A stretch of DNA of 64,000 nucleotides, from NCBI GenBank assembly GCA_964016885.1, contig OZ024741.1, forward strand, positions 338,768,001-338,832,000. The letters run 5' to 3'. The stretch is from Eledone cirrhosa. Taxonomy: Eukaryota. The notes under the pieces were generated by a model. The model saw only the letters and a program-made list of their open reading frames with translations, was not told the origin of the DNA and ran no database searches. This document shows, piece by piece, positions 1 through 11,099 of the stretch. Position 1 is the first letter of the stretch. Every line of letters begins with the position of its first letter. The translations under genes and the position numbers were made by a program.

Positions 1-3000
1 CTACTGATTAGAGTGTTAGACAGACTGTCATATCTGTGAAGGTGTGTGGTCTACTGGTTAGAGTGTTAGACAGACTGTCATATCTGTGAAGGTGTGTGGT
101 CTACTGGTTAGAGTGTTAGACAGACTGTCATATCTGTGAAGGTGTGTGGTCTACTGGTTAGAGTGTTGGACAGACTGTCATATTTGTGAAGGTGTGTGGT
201 CTACTGGTTAGAGTGTTAGACAGACTGTCATATCTGTGAAGGTGTGTGGTCTACTGGTTAGAGTGTTAGACAGACTGTCATATCTGTGAAGGTGTGTGGT
301 CTACTGGTTAGTGTGTTAGACAGACTGTCATATCTGTGAAGGTGTGTGGTCTACTGGCTAGAGTGTTGGACAGACTGTCATATCTGTGAAGGTGTGTGAT
401 CTAGTGGTTAGAGTGTTAGACAAACTGTCATATCTGTGAAGGTGTGTGTTCTACTGGTTAGAGTGTTGGACAGACTGTCATATCTGTGAAGGTGTGTGGT
501 CTACTGGTTAGAGTGTTAGACAGACTGTCATATCTGTGAAGGTGTTTGGTCTACTGGTTAGAGTGTTGGACAGACTGTCATATCTGTGAAGGTGTGTGGT
601 CTACTGGTTAGAGTGTTGGACAGACTGTAATATCTGTGAAGGTGTGTGGTCTACTGGTTAGAGTGTTGGACAGACTGTCATATCTGTGAAGGTGTGCGGT
701 CTACTGGCTAGAGTGTTGGACAGACTGTCATATCGGTGAAGGTGTGTGATCTAGTGGTTAGAGTGTTAGACAAACTGTCATATCTGTGAAGGTGTGTGGT
801 CTACTGGTTAGAGTGTTGGACTGAGTGTCATATCTGTGATGGTGTGTGATCTAGTGGTTAGAGTGTTAGACAAACTGTCATATCTGTGAAGGTGTGTGGT
901 CTACCGGTTAGAGTGTTGGACAGACTGTCATATTTGTGAAGGTGTGTGGTCTAGTGGTTAGAGTGTTAGACAGACTGTCATATTTGTGAAGGTGTGTGGT
1001 CTACTGGTTAGAGTGTTAGACAGACTGTCATATCTGTGAAGGTGTGTGGTCTACTGGTTCGAGTGTTAGACAGACTGTCATATCTGTGAAGGTGTGTGGT
1101 CCACTGGTTAGAGTGTTAGACAGACTGTCATATCTGTGAAGGTGTGTGGTCTACTGGTTAGAGTGTTAGACAGACTGTCATATCTGTGAAGGTGTGTGGT
1201 CTACTGGTTAGAGTGTTAGACAGACTGTCATATCTGTGAAGGTGTGTGGTCTACTGGTTAGAGTGTTAGACAGACTGTCATATCTGTGAAGGTGTTTGGT
1301 CTACTGGTTAGAGTGTTGGACAGACTGTCATATCTGTGAAGGTGTGTGATCTAGTGGTTAGAGTGTTAGACAGACTGTCCTATCTGTGAAGGTGTGCGGT
1401 CTACTGGCTAGAGTGTTGGACAGACTGTCATATCTGTGAAGGTGTGTGATCTAGTGGTTAGAGTGTTAGACAAACTGTCATATCTGTGAAGGTGTGTGGT
1501 CTACTGGTTAGAGTGTTGGACAGACTGTCATATCTGTGATGGTGTGTGATCTAATGGTTAGAGTTTTAGACAGACTGTCATATCTGTGAAGGTGTGTGGT
1601 CTACTGGCTAGAGTGTTAGACAGACTGTCATATCTATGAAGGTGTGTGGTCTATTGGTTAGAGTGTTAGACAGACTGTCATATCTGTGAAGGTGTGTGGT
1701 CTACTGGTTAGAGTCTTAGACATACTGTCATATCTGTGAAGGTGTGTGGTCTACTGGCTAGAGTGTTGGACAGACTGTCATATCTGTGAAGGTGGATGGT
1801 CTACTGGTTAGAGTGTTGGACTGACCATCATATCTGTGAAGGTGTGTAGTCTAGTGGTTAGAGTGTTAGACAGACTGTCATATCTGTGAAGGTGTGTGGT
1901 CTACTGGCTAGAGTGTTTGACAGACTGTCATATCTGTGAAGGTGTGTGGTCTAGTGGTTAGAGTGTTAGACAGACTGTCATATTTGTGAAGGTGTGTGGT
2001 CTACTGGTTAGAGTGTTAGACAGACTGTCATATCTGTGAAGGTGTGTGGTCTACTGGTTAGAGTGTTGGACAGACCGTCATATCTGTGAAGGTGTGTGGT
2101 CTACTGGTTAGAGTGCTAGACAGACTGTCATATCTGTGAAGGTGTGTGGTCTACTGGTTAGAGTGTTAGACAGACTGTCATATGTGTGAAGGTGTGTGGT
2201 CTACTGGTTAGAGTGTTAGACAGACTGTCATATCTGTGAAGGTGTGTGGTCTACTGGTTAGAGTGCTAGACAGACTGTCATATCTGTGAAGGTGTGTGAT
2301 CTACTGGTTAGAGTGTTAGACAAACTGTCATATCTGTGAAGGTGTGTGGTCTACTGGTTAGAGTGTTAGACAGACTGTCATATCTGTGAAGGTGTGTGAT
2401 CTACTGGTTCGAGTGTTAGACAGACTGTCATATCTGTGAAGGTGTGTGGTCCACTGGTTAGAGTGTTAGACAGACTGTCATATCTGTGAAGGTGTGTGGT
2501 CTACTGGTTAGAGTGTTAGACAGACTGTCATATCTGTGAAGGTGTGTGGTCTACTGGTTAGAGTGTTAGACAGACTGTCATATCTGTGAAGGTGTGTGGT
2601 CTACTGGTTAGAACGTTAGACAGACTGTCATATCTGTGAAGGTGTGTGATCTACTGGTTAGAGTGTTGGACAGACTGTAATATCTGTGAAGGTGTGGGGT
2701 CTACTGGTTAGAGTGTTGGACAGACTGTCATATCTGTGAAGGTGTGTGGTCTACTGGTTAGAGTGTTGGACAGACTGTCATATCTGTGAAGGTGTGTGGT
2801 CTACTGGTTAGAGTGATAGACAGACTGTCATATCTGTGAAGGTGTGTGGTCTACTGGTTAGAGTGCTAGACAGACTGTCATATCTGTGAAGGTGTGTGGT
2901 CTACTGGTTAGAGTGTTAGACAGACTGTCATATGTGTGAAGGTGTGTGGTCTACTGGTTAGAGTGTTGGACAGACTGTCATATCTGTGAAGGTGTGTGGT

Positions 3001-6000
3001 CTACTGGTTAGAGTGCTAGACAGACTGTCATATCTGTGAAGGTGTGTGATCTACTGGTTAGAGTGTTAGTCAAACTGTCATATCTGTGAAGGTGTGTGGT
3101 CTACTGGTTAGAGTGTTGGACAGACTGTCATATCTGTGAATATGTGTGGTCTACTGGTTAGAGTGTTGGACAGACTGTCATATCTGTGAAGGTGTGTGGT
3201 CTACTGGTTAGAGTGTTAGACAGACTGTCATATCTGTGAAGGTGTGTGGTCTACTGGTTAGAGTGTTGGACAGACTGTCATATCTGTGAAGGTGTGTGGT
3301 CTACTGGTTAGAGTGTTGGACAGACTGTCATATCTGTGAAGGTGTGTGATCTTGTGGTTAGAGTGTTAGAAAAACTGTCATATCTGTGAAGGTGTGTGGT
3401 CTACTGATTAGAGTGTTAGACAGACTGTCATATCTGTGAAGGTGTGTGGTCTACTGGTTAGAGTGTTAGACAGACTGTCATATCTGTGAAGGTGTGTGGT
3501 CTACTGGTTAGAGTGTTAGACAGACTGTCATATCTGTGAAGGTGTGTGGTCTACTGGTTAGAGTGTTGGACAGACTGTCATATTTGTGAAGGTGTGTGGT
3601 CTACTGGTTAGAGTGTTAGACAGACTGTCATATCTGTGAAGGTGTGTGGTCTACTGGTTAGAGTGTTAGACAGACTGTCATATCTGTGAAGGTGTGTGGT
3701 CTACTGGTTAGTGTGTTAGACAGACTGTCATATCTGTGAAGGTGTGTGGTCTACTGGCTAGAGTGTTGGACAGACTGTCATATCTGTGAAGGTGTGTGAT
3801 CTAGTGGTTAGAGTGTTAGACAAACTGTCATATCTGTGAAGGTGTGTGTTCTACTGGTTAGAGTGTTGGACAGACTGTCATATCTGTGAAGGTGTGTGGT
3901 CTACTGGTTAGAGTGTTAGACAGACTGTCATATCTGTGAAGGTGTTTGGTCTACTGGTTAGAGTGTTGGACAGACTGTCATATCTGTGAAGGTGTGTGGT
4001 CTACTGGTTAGAGTGTTGGACAGACTGTAATATCTGTGAAGGTGTGTGGTCTACTGGTTAGAGTGTTGGACAGACTGTCATATCTGTGAAGGTGTGCGGT
4101 CTACTGGCTAGAGTGTTGGACAGACTGTCATATCGGTGAAGGTGTGTGATCTAGTGGTTAGAGTGTTAGACAAACTGTCATATCTGTGAAGGTGTGTGGT
4201 CTACTGGTTAGAGTGTTGGACTGAGTGTCATATCTGTGATGGTGTGTGATCTAGTGGTTAGAGTGTTAGACAAACTGTCATATCTGTGAAGGTGTGTGGT
4301 CTACCGGTTAGAGTGTTGGACAGACTGTCATATTTGTGAAGGTGTGTGGTCTAGTGGTTAGAGTGTTAGACAGACTGTCATATTTGTGAAGGTGTGTGGT
4401 CTACTGGTTAGAGTGTTAGACAGACTGTCATATCTGTGAAGGTGTGTGGTCTACTGGTTCGAGTGTTAGACAGACTGTCATATCTGTGAAGGTGTGTGGT
4501 CCACTGGTTAGAGTGTTAGACAGACTGTCATATCTGTGAAGGTGTGTGGTCTACTGGTTAGAGTGTTAGACAGACTGTCATATCTGTGAAGGTGTGTGGT
4601 CTACTGGTTAGAGTGTTAGACAGACTGTCATATCTGTGAAGGTGTGTGGTCTACTGGTTAGAGTGTTAGACAGACTGTCATATCTGTGAAGGTGTTTGGT
4701 CTACTGGTTAGAGTGTTGGACAGACTGTCATATCTGTGAAGGTGTGTGATCTAGTGGTTAGAGTGTTAGACAGACTGTCCTATCTGTGAAGGTGTGCGGT
4801 CTACTGGCTAGAGTGTTGGACAGACTGTCATATCTGTGAAGGTGTGTGATCTAGTGGTTAGAGTGTTAGACAAACTGTCATATCTGTGAAGGTGTGTGGT
4901 CTACTGGTTAGAGTGTTGGACAGACTGTCATATCTGTGATGGTGTGTGATCTAATGGTTAGAGTTTTAGACAGACTGTCATATCTGTGAAGGTGTGTGGT
5001 CTACTGGCTAGAGTGTTAGACAGACTGTCATATCTATGAAGGTGTGTGGTCTATTGGTTAGAGTGTTAGACAGACTGTCATATCTGTGAAGGTGTGTGGT
5101 CTACTGGTTAGAGTCTTAGACATACTGTCATATCTGTGAAGGTGTGTGGTCTACTGGCTAGAGTGTTGGACAGACTGTCATATCTGTGAAGGTGGATGGT
5201 CTACTGGTTAGAGTGTTGGACTGACCATCATATCTGTGAAGGTGTGTAGTCTAGTGGTTAGAGTGTTAGACAGACTGTCATATCTGTGAAGGTGTGTGGT
5301 CTACTGGCTAGAGTGTTTGACAGACTGTCATATCTGTGAAGGTGTGTGGTCTAGTGGTTAGAGTGTTAGACAGACTGTCATATTTGTGAAGGTGTGTGGT
5401 CTACTGGTTAGAGTGTTAGACAGACTGTCATATCTGTGAAGGTGTGTGGTCTACTGGTTAGAGTGTTGGACAGACCGTCATATCTGTGAAGGTGTGTGGT
5501 CTACTGGTTAGAGTGCTAGACAGACTGTCATATCTGTGAAGGTGTGTGGTCTACTGGTTAGAGTGTTAGACAGACTGTCATATGTGTGAAGGTGTGTGGT
5601 CTACTGGTTAGAGTGTTAGACAGACTGTCATATCTGTGAAGGTGTGTGGTCTACTGGTTAGAGTGCTAGACAGACTGTCATATCTGTGAAGGTGTGTGAT
5701 CTACTGGTTAGAGTGTTAGACAAACTGTCATATCTGTGAAGGTGTGTGGTCTACTGGTTAGAGTGTTAGACAGACTGTCATATCTGTGAAGGTGTGTGAT
5801 CTACTGGTTCGAGTGTTAGACAGACTGTCATATCTGTGAAGGTGTGTGGTCCACTGGTTAGAGTGTTAGACAGACTGTCATATCTGTGAAGGTGTGTGGT
5901 CTACTGGTTAGAGTGTTAGACAGACTGTCATATCTGTGAAGGTGTGTGGTCTACTGGTTAGAGTGTTAGACAGACTGTCATATCTGTGAAGGTGTGTGGT

Positions 6001-8915
6001 CTACTGGTTAGAACGTTAGACAGACTGTCATATCTGTGAAGGTGTGTGATCTACTGGTTAGAGTGTTGGACAGACTGTAATATCTGTGAAGGTGTGGGGT
6101 CTACTGGTTAGAGTGTTGGACAGACTGTCATATCTGTGAAGGTGTGTGGTCTACTGGTTAGAGTGTTGGACAGACTGTCATATCTGTGAAGGTGTGTGGT
6201 CTACTGGTTAGAGTGATAGACAGACTGTCATATCTGTGAAGGTGTGTGGTCTACTGGTTAGAGTGCTAGACAGACTGTCATATCTGTGAAGGTGTGTGGT
6301 CTACTGGTTAGAGTGTTAGACAGACTGTCATATGTGTGAAGGTGTGTGGTCTACTGGTTAGAGTGTTGGACAGACTGTCATATCTGTGAAGGTGTGTGGT
6401 CTACTGGTTAGAGTGCTAGACAGACTGTCATATCTGTGAAGGTGTGTGATCTACTGGTTAGAGTGTTAGTCAAACTGTCATATCTGTGAAGGTGTGTGGT
6501 CTACTGGTTAGAGTGTTGGACAGACTGTCATATCTGTGAATATGTGTGGTCTACTGGTTAGAGTGTTGGACAGACTATCATATCTGTGAAGGTGTGTGGT
6601 CTACTGGTTAGAGTGTTAGACAGACTGTCATATCTGTGAAGGTGTGTGGTCTACTGGTTAGAGTGTTGGACAGACTGTCATATCTGTGAAGGTGTGTGGT
6701 CTACTGGTTAGAGTGTTGGACAGACTGTCATATCTGTGAAGGTGTGTGATCTTGTGGTTAGAGTGTTAGAAAAACTGTCATATCTGTGAAGGTGTGTGGT
6801 CTACTGATTAGAGTGTTAGACAGACTGTCATATCTGTGAAGGTGTGTGGTCTACTGGTTAGAGTGTTAGACAGACTGTCATATCTGTGAAGGTGTGTGGT
6901 CTACTGGTTAGAGTGTTAGACAGACTGTCATATCTGTGAAGGTGTGTGGTCTACTGGTTAGAGTGTTGGACAGACTGTCATATTTGTGAAGGTGTGTGGT
7001 CTACTGGTTAGAGTGTTAGACAGACTGTCATATCTGTGAAGGTGTGTGGTCTACTGGTTAGAGTGTTAGACAGACTGTCATATCTGTGAAGGTGTGTGGT
7101 CTACTGGTTAGTGTGTTAGACAGACTGTCATATCTGTGAAGGTGTGTGGTCTACTGGCTAGAGTGTTGGACAGACTGTCATATCTGTGAAGGTGTGTGAT
7201 CTAGTGGTTAGAGTGTTAGACAAACTGTCATATCTGTGAAGGTGTGTGTTCTACTGGTTAGAGTGTTGGACAGACTGTCATATCTGTGAAGGTGTGTGGT
7301 CTACTGGTTAGAGTGTTAGACAGACTGTCATATCTGTGAAGGTGTTTGGTCTACTGGTTAGAGTGTTGGACAGACTGTCATATCTGTGAAGGTGTGTGGT
7401 CTACTGGTTAGAGTGTTGGACAGACTGTAATATCTGTGAAGGTGTGTGGTCTACTGGTTAGAGTGTTGGACAGACTGTCATATCTGTGAAGGTGTGCGGT
7501 CTACTGGCTAGAGTGTTGGACAGACTGTCATATCGGTGAAGGTGTGTGATCTAGTGGTTAGAGTGTTAGACAAACTGTCATATCTGTGAAGGTGTGTGGT
7601 CTACTGGTTAGAGTGTTGGACTGAGTGTCATATCTGTGATGGTGTGTGATCTAGTGGTTAGAGTGTTAGACAAACTGTCATATCTGTGAAGGTGTGTGGT
7701 CTACCGGTTAGAGTGTTGGACAGACTGTCATATTTGTGAAGGTGTGTGGTCTAGTGGTTAGAGTGTTAGACAGACTGTCATATTTGTGAAGGTGTGTGGT
7801 CTACTGGTTAGAGTGTTAGACAGACTGTCATATCTGTGAAGGTGTGTGGTCTACTGGTTCGAGTGTTAGACAGACTGTCATATCTGTGAAGGTGTGTGGT
7901 CCACTGGTTAGAGTGTTAGACAGACTGTCATATCTGTGAAGGTGTGTGGTCTACTGGTTAGAGTGTTAGACAGACTGTCATATCTGTGAAGGTGTGTGGT
8001 CTACTGGTTAGAGTGTTAGACAGACTGTCATATCTGTGAAGGTGTGTGGTCTACTGGTTAGAGTGTTAGACAGACTGTCATATCTGTGAAGGTGTTTGGT
8101 CTACTGGTTAGAGTGTTGGACAGACTGTCATATCTGTGAAGGTGTGTGATCTAGTGGTTAGAGTGTTAGACAGACTGTCCTATCTGTGAAGGTGTGCGGT
8201 CTACTGGCTAGAGTGTTGGACAGACTGTCATATCTGTGAAGGTGTGTGATCTAGTGGTTAGAGTGTTAGACAAACTGTCATATCTGTGAAGGTGTGTGGT
8301 CTACTGGTTAGAGTGTTGGACAGACTGTCATATCTGTGATGGTGTGTGATCTAATGGTTAGAGTTTTAGACAGACTGTCATATCTGTGAAGGTGTGTGGT
8401 CTACTGGCTAGAGTGTTAGACAGACTGTCATATCTATGAAGGTGTGTGGTCTATTGGTTAGAGTGTTAGACAGACTGTCATATCTGTGAAGGTGTGTGGT
8501 CTACTGGTTAGAGTCTTAGACATACTGTCATATCTGTGAAGGTGTGTGGTCTACTGGCTAGAGTGTTGGACAGACTGTCATATCTGTGAAGGTGGATGGT
8601 CTACTGGTTAGAGTGTTGGACTGACCATCATATCTGTGAAGGTGTGTAGTCTAGTGGTTAGAGTGTTAGACAGACTGTCATATCTGTGAAGGTGTGTGGT
8701 CTACTGGCTAGAGTGTTTGACAGACTGTCATATCTGTGAAGGTGTGTGGTCTAGTGGTTAGAGTGTTAGACAGACTGTCATATTTGTGAAGGTGTGTGGT
8801 CTACTGGTTAGAGTGTTAGACAGACTGTCATATCTGTGAAGGTGTGTGGTCTACTGGTTAGAGTGTTGGACAGACCGTCATATCTGTGAAGGTGTGTGGT
8901 CTACTGGTTAGAGTG
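1..8915. repeat. Higher-order repeat, 3,400 bp (68 monomers), ~2.6 copies visible
   Basis: Rare variants recur at exact 3,400-bp spacing: ctactgatta at 1/3401/6801, tatcggtgaa at 731/4131/7531, ggtggatggt at 1791/5191/8591. The only difference I noticed between copies 1 and 2 is G3177 vs A6577. The third copy departs at ~8916. Confidence 0.95.
941..970 (+). promoter_or_regulatory. tRNA-like Pol III A-box/D-arm motif in the monomer (representative copy; degenerate in most monomers)
   Basis: TGGTCTAGTGG (947-957) followed by TTAGAG resembles the type-2 Pol III A-box (TRGYNNANNNG-like) and the tRNA D-loop AGTGGTTA. Most monomers have CTACTGG instead of CTAGTGG. The consensus has no canonical B-box, so this is probably a relic rather than an active promoter. 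Confidence 0.45.
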
Positions 8916-11099
8916 TTAGACAGACTGTCATATTTGTGAAGGTGTGTGGTATACTGGTTCGAGTGTTAGACAGACTGTCATATCTGTGAAGGTGTGTGGT
9001 CTACTGGTTAGAGCGTGAGACAGACTGTCATATCTCTGAAGGTGTGTGGTCTACTGGTTAGAGTGTTAGACAGACTGTCATATCTGTGAAGGTGTGTGGT
9101 CTACTGGCTAGAGTGTTGGACAGACTGTCATATCTGTGAAGGTGTGTGGTGTAGTGGTTAGAGTGTTAGACAAACTGTCATATCTGTGAAGGTTTGTGGT
9201 CTACTGGTTAGAGTGTTGGAAAGACTGTCATATCTGTGAAGGTGTGTGATCTAGTGGTTAGAGTGTTAGACAAACTGTCATATCTGTAAAGGTGTGTGGT
9301 CTACTGGTTAGAGTGTTGGACAGACTGTCATATCTGTGAAGGTGTGTGGTCTAGTGGTTAGTGTGTTAGACAGACTGTCATATCTGTGAAGGTGTGTGAT
9401 CTACTGGTTAGAGTGTTAGACAAACTGTCATATCTGTGAAGGTGTGTGGTCTACTGGTTAGAGTGTTGGACAGACTGTCATATCTGTGAAGGTGTGTGAT
9501 CTACTGGTTAGAGTGTTAGACAAACTGTCATATCTGTGAAGGTGTGTGGTCTACTGGTTAGAGTGTTAGACAGACTGTCATATCTGTGAAGGTGTTTGGT
9601 CTACTGGTTAGAGTGTTGGACAGACTGTCATATCTGTGAAGGTGTGTGGTCTACTGGTTAGAGTGTTAGACAGACTGTCATATCTGTGAAGGTGTGTGAT
9701 CTACTGGTTAGAGTGTTGGACAGACTGTAATATCTGTGAAGGTGTGTGGTCTACTGGTTAGAGTGTTGGACAGACTGTCATATCTATGAAGGTGTCTGGT
9801 CTACTGGTTAGAGTGTTAGACAGACTGTCATATCTGTGAAAGTGTGTGGTCTAGTGGTTAGGGTGTTAGACAGACTGTCATATCTGTGAAGGTGTGTGGT
9901 CTACTGGTTAGAGTGTTAGACAGACTGTCATATCTGTGAAGGTGTGTGGTCTACTTGTTAAAGTGCTAGACAGACTGTCATATTTGTGAAGGTGTGTGGT
10001 CTACTGGCTAGAGTGTTAGACAGACTGTCATATCTATGAAGGTGTGTGGTCTACTGGTTAGAGTGTTAGACAGACTGTCATATCTGTGAAGGTGTGTGGT
10101 CTACTGGCTAGAGTCTTAGACAGACTGTCATATCTGTGAAGGTGTGAGGTCTAGTGGTTAGAGTGTTAGACAAACTGTCATATCTGTGAAGGTGTGTGGT
10201 CTACTGGTTAGAGTGTTGGACAGACTGTCATATCTGTGAAGGTGTGTGATCTAGTGGTTAGAGTGTTAGACAAACTGTCATATCTGTAAAGGTGTGTGGT
10301 CTACTGGTTAGAGTGTTGGACAGACTGTCATATCTGTGAAGGTGTGTGGTCTACTGGTTAGTGTGTTAGACAGACTGTCATATCTGTGAAGGTGTGTGGT
10401 CTACTGGCTAGAGTGTTGGACAGACTGTCATATCTGTGAAGGTGTGTGATCTAGTGGTTAGAGTGTTAGACAAACTGTCATATCTGTGAAGGTGTGTGTT
10501 CTACTGGTTAGAGTGTTGGACAGACTGTCATATCTGTGAAGGTGTTTGGTCTACTGGTTAGAGTGTTGGACAGACTGTCATATCTGTGAAGGTGTGTGAT
10601 CTAGTGGTTAGAGTGTTAGACAGACTGTCATATCTGTGAAGGTGTGCGGTCTACTGGCTAGAGTGTTGGACAGACTGTCATATCTGTGAAGGTGTGTGGT
10701 GTACTGGTTAGAGTGTTAGACAAACTGTCATATCTGTGAAGGTGTGTGGTCTACTGGTTAGAGTGTTAGACAAACTGTCATATCTGTGAAGGTGTGTGGT
10801 CTACTGGTTAGAGTGTTAGACAAACTGTCATATCTGTGAAGGTGTGTGGTCTACTGGTTAGAGTGTTAGACAGACTGTCATATCTGTGAAGGTGTGTGTT
10901 CTACTGGCTAGAGTGTTGGACAGACTGTCATATCTGTGAAGGTGTGTGGTGTAGTGGTTAGAGTGTTAGACAAACTGTCATATCTGTGAAGGTGTGTGGT
11001 CTACTGGTTAGAGTGTTAGACAGACTGTCATATCTGTGAAGGTGTGTGGTCTACTGGTTAGAGTGTGAGACAGACTGTCATATCTGTGAAGGTGTGTGG

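Noticed and set aside
41-60. G-quadruplex array or (GT)n microsatellite/Z-DNA
   Set aside because: The consensus has only GG doublets (three per monomer) and ~7 bp of GT alternation, too weak or short to claim.
941-1020. Functional tRNA gene array
   Set aside because: Only a D-arm/A-box-like part is present. There is no T-arm (GTTCRA) in the consensus, no 3' acceptor strand and a poorly paired anticodon stem, and the unit is only 50 bp.
9851-9870. Telomeric repeat (GGTTAG; TTAGGG in gggtgttaga variants)
   Set aside because: Only single isolated hexamers occur, never tandem. They are better explained as part of the D-loop-like AGTGGTTAG string. A subtelomeric location cannot be inferred.
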